This document shows positions 49,281 to 58,805 of a stretch of DNA of 64,000 bases, one piece after another. Under the pieces are notes generated by a model. That model was not told the origin of the DNA and ran no database searches. It worked only from the letters and a program-made list of their open reading frames with translations. The stretch covers positions 4,479 to 68,478 of the forward strand of contig JBELHW010000004.1 in the NCBI GenBank assembly GCA_042091225.1, given 5' to 3'. Each line of letters begins with the position of its first letter. Position 1 is the first letter of the stretch. The stretch comes from Cryomorphaceae bacterium. Lineage in GTDB: Bacteria > Bacteroidota > Bacteroidia > Flavobacteriales > UBA7312. The position numbers were made by a program, and so were the translations under genes.

Positions 49281-52052
49281 TCAGCATACAATATTTACAA
49301 TTTTTTTAGGAACAACAATTATTCTTTTAGGTTCTTTTCCTTGCAAATACTGGATTGTTTGTTTTTGTTCTAAAACTATTTTCTCAATTTGATTTTTATC
49401 TAAATTAGCTGGTAATTCTAAAGTAAATCTCATTTTACCGTTAAACGAAACAGGATAGGTAAAATTATCCTCAACTAAATACTCTTGCTTAAATATTGGC
49501 CATTTTGCTTTTGTTACAGACTCATTATTGCCTAACAATTGCCATATTTCTTCAGAAATGTGAGGGGCGTATGGAGAAAGTAAAACAACAAATTGGGAAA
49601 TAATTTCAGATTTATTACACTTCAAATCGGTTAAATCGTTTATGCATATCATTAAAGAACTAACAACAGTATTAAACGAATACCTTTCGATATCATCTGT
49701 TATTTTTTTAATTGTTTGATGTATAACTTTCCATTCTTTCTTTGAGGGTTGCTCATCAGAAACACAGAAGTTATTTTGCTTATCGTGAACTAATCTCCAA
49801 AATTTTCTTAAAAAATTATGTACTCCATTTATTCCTTTAGTATCCCATGGTTTAAATTGCTCTAAAGGGCCTAAAAACATTTCGTACATCCTAAGTGTAT
49901 CTGCACCAAAATTTTCTACCAAATCATCTGGAGTCTGAACATTAAACTTAGATTTAGACATCTTTTCTACTTCAAAACCACAACGGTATTTATTATCCTC
50001 ATTTAATAAAAACTCTGCATTATTAAACTCTGATCTCCATTTTTTAAAGCCTTCAACATCTAAAATATCGTTGTCTACTAAACTAATATCAACATGTATT
50101 CGGCTAGTTTTGTATTCTTTTCTTTTCTCAAAAGTTACAAATTTATTAGTGTCATTTATTCTATAAACAAAGCTAGAACGACCTAAAATCATCCCTTGAT
50201 TTATCATTTTTTTAAATGGCTCCTGAAAAGAGATGCAGTCAATATCATACAAAAACTTAGTCCAAAATCTGGAGTACAACAAGTGGCCTACTGCATGTTC
50301 AGCTCCTCCAATATATAAATCTACTTGACCCCAATAATCTGACCGTTCTTTACTCACCAATTCTTGCGTATTTTCGGGATCCATATACCTTAAAAAATAC
50401 CATGATGAACCTGCCCATCCTGGCATAGTATTAAATTCCATTCTGTCGCCTTCAAAAATATTCCAATCTTGTTTTTTTGCTCTTGCTAGAGGTGGTTCTC
50501 CTTTTTCTGTTGGCAAATAAGCATCAACAGGTGGTAGTTTAACAAACTTGTCTTGGTCCAATAAATATGGCAGTTCATCTTTATAATAAACAGGAAAGGG
50601 TTCTCCCCAATACCTTTGTCTACTAAAAATAGCATCTCTTAAACGATAATTTATTTTCTTTTTACCAACTCCTTTATCTTCAATTTCTTTTGTGGCTCTT
50701 TTTAAAGCATCATTTACTGATAAACCACTCAAAAAATCAGAATTGTCTATAGTTGATTCTTTATTGTCATTGGCACTTTGACTAACATCTGTATTCTTAA
50801 AAATATTTACAATTTCTAAATCAAATTTATTTGCAAAATCCCAATCTCTTTGATCGCCACAAGGGACAGCCATAACGGCACCCGTTCCGTAGGAAGCTAA
50901 AACATAATCGGCTATCCATATCGGAATTTTTTTATTTGAAAAAGGATGTATAGCATATGATCCTGTAAAAACTCCTGTAATATTTTTAACATCAGACTGT
51001 CTGTCTCTTTCTGTTTTTAAAGAGGTCTCTTTACAGTAATTTTCAACTTTTTGTTGGTTAGCTTTAGTCGTTAACTTGCTGACTAATGGATGTTCCGGGG
51101 CTATTACCATAAAACTAACTCCAAAAATAGTATCGGGTCTGGTTGTAAAAACTTCAATAGAATCTGAACTATTTTCTAAAGAAAAATAAAGCGACGCTCC
51201 TACAGATTTACCTATCCAGTTTTTTTGTATTTCCTTAATAGAATCTGTCCATTCTAAGCTTTCTAAATCTTTTAATAACCTGTCGGCATAAGCAGTGATT
51301 CTTAATGACCATTGGCGCATTTTTTTCTGTTCAACAGGAAAATTTCCTCTTTCTGATCTGCCATCTTTAACCTCATCATTAGCTAAAACTGTTCCTAGTT
51401 CAGCACACCAATTAACCCAGGTGTCAGACAGAAAAGCTAATCGATATTTTAAAAGTATGTTTTGTTTTTCTTTCTCGGAGTAAAGGGACCATTGTTTAGC
51501 ATCGAAAACAGGAGTTCCTTCATCACAACAAGCATTTAAATTTTCATTTCCTTTAGTTTCAAAAATGGAAATTAATACATCAATAGATCTGGCCTTATCA
51601 TTTTCTAAGCAATAGAAAGATTGATATAACTTCTTGAAAATCCACTGAGTCCATTTGTAATAATTAGGCTCTGATGTCCTTACTTCTCTATCCCAATCAA
51701 AGGAAAAGCCGAGCTTATCTAATTGATTTCTATATCTTTCTATGTTTATTTTTGTAGTTATATCAGGATGTTGACCTGTTTGAATAGCGTATTGCTCTGC
51801 AGGAAGTCCAAAAGAATCGTAGCCCATAGGATGTAAGACATTAAATCCTTTTAATCTTTTAAATCTTGCATAAATATCAGAAGCAATATACCCTAATGGA
51901 TGACCGACATGCAAGCCTGCTCCCGAAGGATATGGAAACATATCTAAAACATAAAACTTTTCTTTAGTGTTATCCTCACTAACTTTATACGAAGAGTTAG
52001 ATTTCCAATAAGCTCTCCATTTACTCTCAATATTTTTAAATTGATAATCCAT
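49281..52052 (-). CDS. leuS: leucine--tRNA ligase
   Basis: 923 aa. PYPSGAGLHVGHPLGY (HIGH), KMSKSKFN (KMSKS), and a CP1 editing domain. Confidence 0.97.
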   Translation of the reverse strand: MDYQFKNIESKWRAYWKSNSSYKVSEDNTKEKFYVLDMFPYPSGAGLHVGHPLGYIASDIYARFKRLKGFNVLHPMGYDSFGLPAEQYAIQTGQHPDITTKINIERYRNQLDKLGFSFDWDREVRTSEPNYYKWTQWIFKKLYQSFYCLENDKARSIDVLISIFETKGNENLNACCDEGTPVFDAKQWSLYSEKEKQNILLKYRLAFLSDTWVNWCAELGTVLANDEVKDGRSERGNFPVEQKKMRQWSLRITAYADRLLKDLESLEWTDSIKEIQKNWIGKSVGASLYFSLENSSDSIEVFTTRPDTIFGVSFMVIAPEHPLVSKLTTKANQQKVENYCKETSLKTERDRQSDVKNITGVFTGSYAIHPFSNKKIPIWIADYVLASYGTGAVMAVPCGDQRDWDFANKFDLEIVNIFKNTDVSQSANDNKESTIDNSDFLSGLSVNDALKRATKEIEDKGVGKKKINYRLRDAIFSRQRYWGEPFPVYYKDELPYLLDQDKFVKLPPVDAYLPTEKGEPPLARAKKQDWNIFEGDRMEFNTMPGWAGSSWYFLRYMDPENTQELVSKERSDYWGQVDLYIGGAEHAVGHLLYSRFWTKFLYDIDCISFQEPFKKMINQGMILGRSSFVYRINDTNKFVTFEKRKEYKTSRIHVDISLVDNDILDVEGFKKWRSEFNNAEFLLNEDNKYRCGFEVEKMSKSKFNVQTPDDLVENFGADTLRMYEMFLGPLEQFKPWDTKGINGVHNFLRKFWRLVHDKQNNFCVSDEQPSKKEWKVIHQTIKKITDDIERYSFNTVVSSLMICINDLTDLKCNKSEIISQFVVLLSPYAPHISEEIWQLLGNNESVTKAKWPIFKQEYLVEDNFTYPVSFNGKMRFTLELPANLDKNQIEKIVLEQKQTIQYLQGKEPKRIIVVPKKIVNIVC

Positions 52053-52061
52053 CTTTTAAAA

Positions 52062-52069
52062 TAAATTTG
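52062..52069 (+). promoter_or_regulatory. candidate -7 box (TAAATTTG) for ftsX
   Basis: Perfect TAnnTTTG, 58 nt upstream of the ATG. It sits back-to-back with the leuS box. Confidence 0.35.
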
Positions 52070-52072
52070 CAG

Positions 52073-52080
52073 CAAAGTTA
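52073..52080 (-). promoter_or_regulatory. candidate -7 box (TAACTTTG) for leuS
   Basis: The forward strand reads CAAAGTTA. It lies 20 nt upstream of the leuS ATG. Confidence 0.4.
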
Positions 52081-52127
52081 ATTATTAAGCTATACTTACG
52101 CACAAAATTTTTACATTAGCATCTGCA

Positions 52128-53006
52128 ATGAAACAAGCTCAAGAAAAACATATAAAACGTCGTTTACGTACATCTAGTTTATCAACTGTTCTTAGTATTT
52201 CAATGGTTCTATTGATGCTTGGAAGTATGTCTTTTATTTATGTAAATTCTCAGAAGTTAACTAACTATATTAAAGAAAATATTGGAATTACTGTTGTTTT
52301 AGATGATAATGCAAAAGCTGTTGAAATTCTACAATTTCAAAAAAACTTAGATGCAAATCCTATCACTAAAATGACAACCTATGTAAGCAAAGAAGAAGCC
52401 GCATTATCTTTAACAAAAGAATTAGGAGAAGATTTTATGCAATTTTTAGGATATAATCCACTTTCTAATACTATAGATGTATTTATGAATTCAGATTATG
52501 CTGAAAGTGAAATTATTGAAAAATTTGGCAATCAAGCCTTGAGCAATGACATTGTTAAAGAAGTAAAATACCAAAGAGATTTGATAAATGCTATCAATCA
52601 AAACATGAATAAACTCAATTTAATATTAATTTGTTTTTGCTCTCTTTTATTAATTGTTTCGATTACACTAATCAACAACACAATAAGGCTTTCTGTTTAC
52701 TCAAAAAGATTTATTATAAAAACAATGAAGTTAGTTGGAGCAACAAATAGCTTTATAAGAAAACCATTTGTTTTAATTGGCTTAAGGCAAGGAATTATTG
52801 CTGGACTTATAGGAATATTGCTAATGATGCTTACTCTTTTTGCAGTTCAAAAAGAAATGCCAGAATTACTTCAGCTACAAGATATTAAAACAGTAATTAT
52901 TATCTTTAGCTTACTTTTCGTTTTCGGTATTTTTATAAGTACATTTGTTACTCATCTTTCCGTAAACAAATATTTAAAAATCAAAGAAGAAAAACTTTAT
53001 CACTAA
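52128..53006 (+). CDS. ftsX: cell division protein FtsX (permease-like)
   Basis: 292 aa. N-terminal TM, periplasmic domain, and a C-terminal 3-TM FtsX domain (TMKLVGATNSFIRKPF). Confidence 0.85.
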   Translation: MKQAQEKHIKRRLRTSSLSTVLSISMVLLMLGSMSFIYVNSQKLTNYIKENIGITVVLDDNAKAVEILQFQKNLDANPITKMTTYVSKEEAALSLTKELGEDFMQFLGYNPLSNTIDVFMNSDYAESEIIEKFGNQALSNDIVKEVKYQRDLINAINQNMNKLNLILICFCSLLLIVSITLINNTIRLSVYSKRFIIKTMKLVGATNSFIRKPFVLIGLRQGIIAGLIGILLMMLTLFAVQKEMPELLQLQDIKTVIIIFSLLFVFGIFISTFVTHLSVNKYLKIKEEKLYH

Positions 53007-53011
53007 AAACT

Positions 53012-53233
53012 ATGGAATTTAACTTCGGTAAAAGAAATTATCAACTAATGATTGTAGGGCTCTTACTAATTCTTTTGGGGTATTTTTTAATGAGCGGTGG
53101 AAAATCAGAAGACCCAAATATTTTTAATCCAGAAATTTTTAGCACAACCAGAATTACAACTTCTGTATTGTTAATTATCTTTGGCTTAGGAGTGGAAGTT
53201 GTCGCTATTTTGTATAAAGACAAAAATGCATAA
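53012..53233 (+). CDS. small membrane protein (DUF3098-like)
   Basis: 73 aa, two TM segments, FGKRNYQLMIVGLLLILLGYFLMSGG. Sits in the ftsX-uppP position typical of Bacteroidota. Confidence 0.6.
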   Translation: MEFNFGKRNYQLMIVGLLLILLGYFLMSGGKSEDPNIFNPEIFSTTRITTSVLLIIFGLGVEVVAILYKDKNA

Positions 53234-54035
53234 TATCCTATATGCAATTTTACTTGGAATTATTCAAGGACTTACCGAGTTTTTACCTGTAAGCAGCTCG
53301 GGTCATCTAGAGTTAGCAAAATACCTATTTAACGATCAATCTTTGGCTAAAGAAAGCCTAATGATGACTGTTGTTTTACATGGAGCTACAGCATTAAGCA
53401 CCTTGTATATATTAAAAAAAGAGGTCTTTCAGGTTTTTAATGGACTTGCAAATTTTTTTAAAACATTTAAAGCAAACGAGGAGTTTTATTTTTCTATAAA
53501 AATTATTATTTCCATGCTTCCTGCCGTATTTGTAGGGCTTATTTGGGAAGAGCAAATTGATGCCCTTTTTAGCGGAAATATTTTGTTAGTTGGTGCTATG
53601 CTTATAATAACAGGCTTACTTCTTTTTTTAGCTGATAGAGCAAAGACGACCAACAAAGAGGTAAGCTTCTTATCCTCCTTTATTATTGGTGTTTCTCAAG
53701 CTATTGCTATACTACCAGGAATCTCAAGATCTGGAGCTACTATTTCCACCTCTGTATTGTTAGGTATTGATAGAGACAAAGCTGCTCGTTTTTCTTTTTT
53801 AATGGTAGTGCCCCTCATTTTTGGTAAAATGATTAAAGACATTACCTCTGGTAATCTAACTGCAAATAATGACCAAAACTTACTATTGGCCGTTGGTTTT
53901 ATTTCTGCGTTTATTACTGGTTTAATTGCTTGTAAATGGATGATTAGTCTTGTAAAAAGAAGCCAGTTAGAATACTTTTCTATCTATTGTTTTCTAATAG
54001 GAAATTTAGTTTTACTAGCTGAATTGATAGGATAA
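53226..54035 (+). CDS. uppP: undecaprenyl-diphosphate phosphatase
   Basis: GIIQGLTEFLPVSSSGHL, PGISRSGATI. The ATG at 53226 overlaps the upstream gene by 8 nt. Confidence 0.9.
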   Translation: MHNILYAILLGIIQGLTEFLPVSSSGHLELAKYLFNDQSLAKESLMMTVVLHGATALSTLYILKKEVFQVFNGLANFFKTFKANEEFYFSIKIIISMLPAVFVGLIWEEQIDALFSGNILLVGAMLIITGLLLFLADRAKTTNKEVSFLSSFIIGVSQAIAILPGISRSGATISTSVLLGIDRDKAARFSFLMVVPLIFGKMIKDITSGNLTANNDQNLLLAVGFISAFITGLIACKWMISLVKRSQLEYFSIYCFLIGNLVLLAELIG

Positions 54036-54038
54036 TAT

Positions 54039-54749
54039 ATGTCTAATAGTGAAATGGAAAATATAAATTTTTTAGAAGGGAGTACACTTTTAATTAATAA
54101 ACCCTTAAACTGGACTTCGTTTGATGTTGTAAAGAAAGTAAGGAATATTTTAAAAAACCATTATCAAATAAAAAAAATAAAAGTTGGCCACGCAGGAACT
54201 TTAGATCCATTAGCAGACGGACTACTTATACTTTGTACCGGAAAATGGACAAAAAAAATTGAAGAATTTCAAAATCAAGAAAAAGAGTATGCTGGAACTT
54301 TTGTATTAGGAGCAACTACACCTTCCTATGATCTTGAAACAGAAATAAATCAAACATTTGATTTAAGCTCGTTAACCGAAGAACAAATCAGGTCTAATCG
54401 CAACTTATTTATTGGCGATATTGAACAAGCTCCGCCAATATTTTCTGCACTAAAAAAAGATGGCGTTCGGCTTTACGAATATGCAAGAAAAGGAGTGGAA
54501 ATAGAGGTTAAAAAAAGGAATGTTAATATTAGCACTTTTAATATTAGCCGAATTGAGCTTCCAGAAATAGACTTCAAAATTAGATGTAGTAAAGGCACAT
54601 ATATTAGATCTATTGCTCATGATTTTGGCAAATCTCTAGATAACGGAGCCTATCTTTCTAAGCTAAGAAGAACAAAAATTGGAAAATTTAATTTAGAAGA
54701 TGCTGTTAATTTACAAGACTTTGAAAGTATGATGGAAAGGAGTAAATAA
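54039..54749 (+). CDS. truB: tRNA pseudouridine(55) synthase
   Basis: KIKVGHAGTLDPLADGLL (catalytic Asp), PPIFSALKKDG, GTYIRS. Confidence 0.9.
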   Translation: MSNSEMENINFLEGSTLLINKPLNWTSFDVVKKVRNILKNHYQIKKIKVGHAGTLDPLADGLLILCTGKWTKKIEEFQNQEKEYAGTFVLGATTPSYDLETEINQTFDLSSLTEEQIRSNRNLFIGDIEQAPPIFSALKKDGVRLYEYARKGVEIEVKKRNVNISTFNISRIELPEIDFKIRCSKGTYIRSIAHDFGKSLDNGAYLSKLRRTKIGKFNLEDAVNLQDFESMMERSK

Positions 54750-54766
54750 TCTGTCTTTTTATTTCC

Positions 54767-54774
54767 TATATTTG
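54767..54774 (+). promoter_or_regulatory. candidate -7 box (TATATTTG) for queA
   Basis: Perfect TAnnTTTG, 29 nt upstream of the ATG at 54804. Confidence 0.4.
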
Positions 54775-54803
54775 CGAGTTTTGAGTAACCATTTAATTTT
54801 ATC

Positions 54804-55862
54804 ATGATTAAAAGAAAACTATCACAATTCGACTTTGAATTACCTGAAAATTTATTAGCTGAAAGACCAAGCTACAATAGAGACGAATCAAGACTAATGG
54901 TAGTAAACAGAAAAACTGGTACTATTGAACACAAACAATTCAAAAATTTAATTGAATATTTTGACGATGGCGATGTCATGATATTTAATGATACTAAAGT
55001 TTTTCCTGCTAGAATGTATGGTAATAAGGAAAAAACTGGTGCTAGAATAGAAGTCTTCTTGTTGAGAGAATTGAATAAAGAAAATTTATTGTGGGACGTT
55101 TTAGTAGATCCAGCTCGTAAAATTAGAATTGGAAATAAACTTTATTTCGGAGAAGATGATAGCTTGGTTGCAGAAGTAATTGATAACACAACTTCAAGAG
55201 GAAGAACTCTCCGATTTTTATTTGATGGAACCTACGATGAGTTCAGACAAAAATTAAAAGATCTAGGTCAAACACCAATACCAAAGTATATTAATCGTGA
55301 ACCTGATCAAGAAGATTTAGAGAGGTTTCAAACAATTTATGCTAAAAATGAAGGCGCTGTAGCAGCACCTTCTGCAGGTTTACATTTTAGTAGAGAGTTA
55401 TTAAAAAGATTAGAAATAATTGGGGTAGATTTTGCACAGTTAACTCTTCACATTGGATTGGGGACATTCAGACCAGTAGAGGTGGAAGACTTAAGCAAAC
55501 ATAAAATGGACTCGGAAGAAGCTATTATCAGTCCAGATACAGTTAATATTATTAATAATGGTATCAAAAATAAAAGACGGATTTGCGCAGTTGGAACGAC
55601 CTCGGTTAGAGCGGTAGAATCTTCTGTAACAACCAATGGACTAATGACACCATTTGAAGGATGGACTAACAAATTTATTTACCCTCCTTACAACTTCGAC
55701 ATTCCTAATTGCATGATTACAAATTTCCATACACCAAAATCAACATTACTAATGATGGTTAGTGCATTCGGAGGTTTTGAATTAATAAAAGAAGCTTATC
55801 AAGAAGCCATTAAAGAAGAATATAAATTCCTGACTTATGGCGACGCAATGTTAATTATATAA
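54804..55862 (+). CDS. queA: S-adenosylmethionine:tRNA ribosyltransferase-isomerase
   Basis: [59 protein letters not shown]. Confidence 0.95.
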   Translation: MIKRKLSQFDFELPENLLAERPSYNRDESRLMVVNRKTGTIEHKQFKNLIEYFDDGDVMIFNDTKVFPARMYGNKEKTGARIEVFLLRELNKENLLWDVLVDPARKIRIGNKLYFGEDDSLVAEVIDNTTSRGRTLRFLFDGTYDEFRQKLKDLGQTPIPKYINREPDQEDLERFQTIYAKNEGAVAAPSAGLHFSRELLKRLEIIGVDFAQLTLHIGLGTFRPVEVEDLSKHKMDSEEAIISPDTVNIINNGIKNKRRICAVGTTSVRAVESSVTTNGLMTPFEGWTNKFIYPPYNFDIPNCMITNFHTPKSTLLMMVSAFGGFELIKEAYQEAIKEEYKFLTYGDAMLII

Positions 55863-55864
55863 TT

Positions 55865-56530
55865 GTGGATTCTTTTGTTGTAATTGTTGCTGGCGGAAGT
55901 GGATCTCGAATGGGAGCAAATATCCCCAAGCAGTTCTTAGAACTTGATGGAAAGCCTATTTTAATGCATACATTAGAACGGATTTATAAAATAAGTCCTG
56001 ACTCCATTTTTATTTTAGTGTTACCCAAAGATCAGTTTGAACGCTGGCAAAACCTATGCAATGCTCATAAATTTAATTTAAACTACAAACTTATCGAAGG
56101 TGGGAATAGTCGTTTTCAGTCTGTAAAAAATGGCCTAAGTCTAGTAAATAAAAATTCTATAGTGGCTATTCATGACGGAGTGAGGCCGTTTGTTAGTAAA
56201 AGTGTTTTTGAGAGTTGTATGAATGAAGCAAAATTAAAGGGTGGGGCTATACCTACATTACCTATTACTGACAGTATTAGAGAGTTAAACCAAAATGGTT
56301 CTCAAATAAGAAATCGAAATAATTTCGTCAGTGTACAAACGCCACAATGTTTTCAATCAGACTTGATTATAAATAGCTACCAACAAAAATTTGATAATTC
56401 TTTTACAGACGATGCTTCAGTTGTAGAAAAATTTGGACATACGATTTCCTTAGTTTCAGGCAACAAAGAGAACATTAAAATTACAATTCCAGAAGATTTA
56501 GATATTGCTCTTACTTTTATAAATCAATAA
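55865..56530 (+). CDS. ispD: 2-C-methyl-D-erythritol 4-phosphate cytidylyltransferase
   Basis: GTG start. VVIVAGGSGSRMG, PKQFL, IHDGVRPF, TDDAS. Confidence 0.9.
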   Translation: MDSFVVIVAGGSGSRMGANIPKQFLELDGKPILMHTLERIYKISPDSIFILVLPKDQFERWQNLCNAHKFNLNYKLIEGGNSRFQSVKNGLSLVNKNSIVAIHDGVRPFVSKSVFESCMNEAKLKGGAIPTLPITDSIRELNQNGSQIRNRNNFVSVQTPQCFQSDLIINSYQQKFDNSFTDDASVVEKFGHTISLVSGNKENIKITIPEDLDIALTFINQ

Positions 56531-57671
56531 GGTTTAAAGGCTCAACTTTTGTCTTTTCACTAAATTCAAAATCTTTATTAAGGCCAGTTAGAATATTTAT
56601 TCCAGGTTTTTTTCCTTTTTCAAAAGTACCTAAATTATCTAGCCCTAAAAATTCTGCTCCATTTTTACAAGCCCATTGTAAAAGCGTATTTGTATCAATT
56701 TTCGCGTATTTTGAAATGCAAAGCATCTCATCAAGTATACTCAACGAATCGTTGGAAGCTAAACTATCTGTACCGATAGTAATTTTACTGCCCGAGGAAA
56801 TTAAATCGGAGTAAGAAGGAAGTCTATTTTCTATATATAAATTGGCTTTAGGGCAAGTACACCAATAAAGATTATCTCTTTTAGAGTTTATCCATTGCAT
56901 ATCTTTTAAGGAGGTAAATGTATTGTGCACCAAAAGTGTTTTTGTGTCTGCTAACAAAGGTAATGTAGATCGAATAGCACTTTTGCCAGTAAAATTAAAA
57001 AACTTAGACATTTTTAAAGTCTCGAAAAGTTTTCCTTTTCCTTCATAAAACATTTGGTTTTCAGATTCTGTTTCTTGATTGTGGATGGACAGTAGCCCTT
57101 TATTATTATTTTTTAAAAGTTGAAACAGTTGTAGAGATACGGAATAGTTAGCGTGAGGAACTAAAGAACTTGAAGTTAAACAATCCTTCTGTAGTTCAAT
57201 GCCTTTTTCGAAAACTTGATTAGCTAAGCTTGGTTCAAGAGAAAAAAGCTCAATAAAAGTGTGGTAATAAATAGTACTTTTTTCTTTAGTGAAAAATGTA
57301 TGGTTAGTGTTAGAAATATCAGCTACCGCTACAATTCCGTTTTGTTTCATTTGGCTGTCCGCTTTTTTTATCTCTTGATCAATAACAGATTGATTAGCCT
57401 CACGAACAAGAGGTATTTGAGAAATAAATTTTGACAAGCCTGTTTTTCTTTTCAATTTTGATTTTAAATGAGATAACTCTAAATGGCAATGGGTATTTAC
57501 AAAGCCGGGACACAAGGCTCCATCAATTTTCTTAATCCTATCTTCAGGAATTGAACAACTACTTGAAAGTACATCCAATATGTTTCCATGAGTATCTACA
57601 GCCAAAACTCCTGATTTTATTGGCTCTGAAATTCCTGTAAAAAGTATATCGCATTCAAGATAGTGTATCAT
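56517..57671 (-). CDS. amidohydrolase-family metal-dependent hydrolase (substrate unknown)
   Basis: PGFVNTHCHLELS (HxH metal site), GTDSLASN. The 3' end overlaps ispD convergently by 14 nt. Confidence 0.75.
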   Translation of the reverse strand: MIHYLECDILFTGISEPIKSGVLAVDTHGNILDVLSSSCSIPEDRIKKIDGALCPGFVNTHCHLELSHLKSKLKRKTGLSKFISQIPLVREANQSVIDQEIKKADSQMKQNGIVAVADISNTNHTFFTKEKSTIYYHTFIELFSLEPSLANQVFEKGIELQKDCLTSSSLVPHANYSVSLQLFQLLKNNNKGLLSIHNQETESENQMFYEGKGKLFETLKMSKFFNFTGKSAIRSTLPLLADTKTLLVHNTFTSLKDMQWINSKRDNLYWCTCPKANLYIENRLPSYSDLISSGSKITIGTDSLASNDSLSILDEMLCISKYAKIDTNTLLQWACKNGAEFLGLDNLGTFEKGKKPGINILTGLNKDFEFSEKTKVEPLNLIDL

Positions 57672-57675
57672 AGTA

Positions 57676-57683
57676 CAAAGATA
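57676..57683 (-). promoter_or_regulatory. candidate -7 box (TATCTTTG) for the amidohydrolase gene, 4 nt from its ATG
   Basis: Left arm of the 21-bp palindrome TACAAAGATA-C-TATCTTTGTA. Confidence 0.45.
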
Positions 57684-57684
57684 C

Positions 57685-57692
57685 TATCTTTG
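57685..57692 (+). promoter_or_regulatory. candidate -7 box (TATCTTTG) for rlmN, 4 nt from its ATG
   Basis: Right arm of the same palindrome. Confidence 0.45.
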
Positions 57693-57696
57693 TAGC

Positions 57697-58743
57697 ATGT
57701 CAGAAGACAAAAAAAACATAAGATTACTCACGCTTGATGAGTTAAAAACCTTTTTTATAGAAAATGGACATGCAGCATTTAGAGCCAAACAGGTTTACGA
57801 ATGGCTTTGGAAAAAATCTGTAATCTCCTTTGACAAAATGACTAACTTATCTAAAGAGATAATCGATGTTTTAGATGCAAATTTTGTTATAAATCATGCC
57901 ATTATTTCTCAAGAACAAAAAAGCAATGATCGTACTATAAAATCTGCATTTAAATTATTTGATAATAATAATGTGGAAGGAGTTTTAATTCCCACAAAAA
58001 AAAGAGTTACTGCTTGTATCTCTTCTCAGGTGGGCTGCAGTCTTACATGTGCTTTCTGTGCTACTGGTAAATTAGATCGATTAAGAAATCTGACTGCAGA
58101 TGAAATATACGATCAGGTATTTATGCTGAACCAACAAGCGATTAAGAACTACGACAAAAAATTATCGAACATTGTTTATATGGGCATGGGTGAGCCTTTG
58201 CTGAACTATCAAAACATGATAAATTCTGTTGAAAAAATAACCTCAGATGATGGATTGGGTATGTCGCCCAAAAGAATTACAGTTTCTACTGCCGGAATAG
58301 CAAAACTCATTAAAAAACTTGGGGACGATGATGTGAAATTTAATCTTGCTATTTCTCTACATGCTGCAAACGATATAAAACGTAATCAGATAATGCCAAT
58401 TAATGAGCAAAACTCACTGAGCGCACTATCGGATGCCATAGAATATTTTTATCAAAAAACAGAAACAAGATTAACTTACGAATATATTATTTTCAAAGAT
58501 TTTAATGACGAAATAGAAGATGCTATAGAGTTATATCAATTTGCTAAAATCACTCCTTGTAAAATAAATATTATAGAATACAACCCTATTGACAATGGAG
58601 AGTTTAAACAAGCTGACAAGCATAAAGTAGATAAATTTGTTGAGTTTTTAGAAAGTAAAAACCTTATAGTCAACGTTAGAAGAAGTAGAGGTAAAGATAT
58701 CGATGCAGCATGCGGCCAATTAGCCAATAAACTTATTAAATAA
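57697..58743 (+). CDS. rlmN: 23S rRNA/tRNA (adenine-C2)-methyltransferase, radical SAM
   Basis: FRAKQVYEWLW, the radical-SAM cluster motif CSLTCAFCATG, MGMGEPL, and DIDAACGQL. Confidence 0.95.
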   Translation: MSEDKKNIRLLTLDELKTFFIENGHAAFRAKQVYEWLWKKSVISFDKMTNLSKEIIDVLDANFVINHAIISQEQKSNDRTIKSAFKLFDNNNVEGVLIPTKKRVTACISSQVGCSLTCAFCATGKLDRLRNLTADEIYDQVFMLNQQAIKNYDKKLSNIVYMGMGEPLLNYQNMINSVEKITSDDGLGMSPKRITVSTAGIAKLIKKLGDDDVKFNLAISLHAANDIKRNQIMPINEQNSLSALSDAIEYFYQKTETRLTYEYIIFKDFNDEIEDAIELYQFAKITPCKINIIEYNPIDNGEFKQADKHKVDKFVEFLESKNLIVNVRRSRGKDIDAACGQLANKLIK

Positions 58744-58758
58744 TACTAGTACTAGTAT
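58743..58758. repeat. 16-bp perfect palindrome ATACTAGTACTAGTAT abutting the rlmN stop codon
   Basis: Self-complementary by inspection. It contains two tandem ACTAGT hexamers and is followed by AATTTTT. Confidence 0.9.
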
Positions 58759-58780
58759 AATTTTTAGAACGGCTTATTTG

Positions 58781-58788
58781 TATCTTTG
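58781..58788 (+). promoter_or_regulatory. candidate -7 box (TATCTTTG) for the long-chain polyprenyl synthase gene
   Basis: Perfect TAnnTTTG, 17 nt upstream of the ATG at 58806. Confidence 0.4.
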
Positions 58789-58805
58789 CACCCAAAGCAT
58801 ATCTC

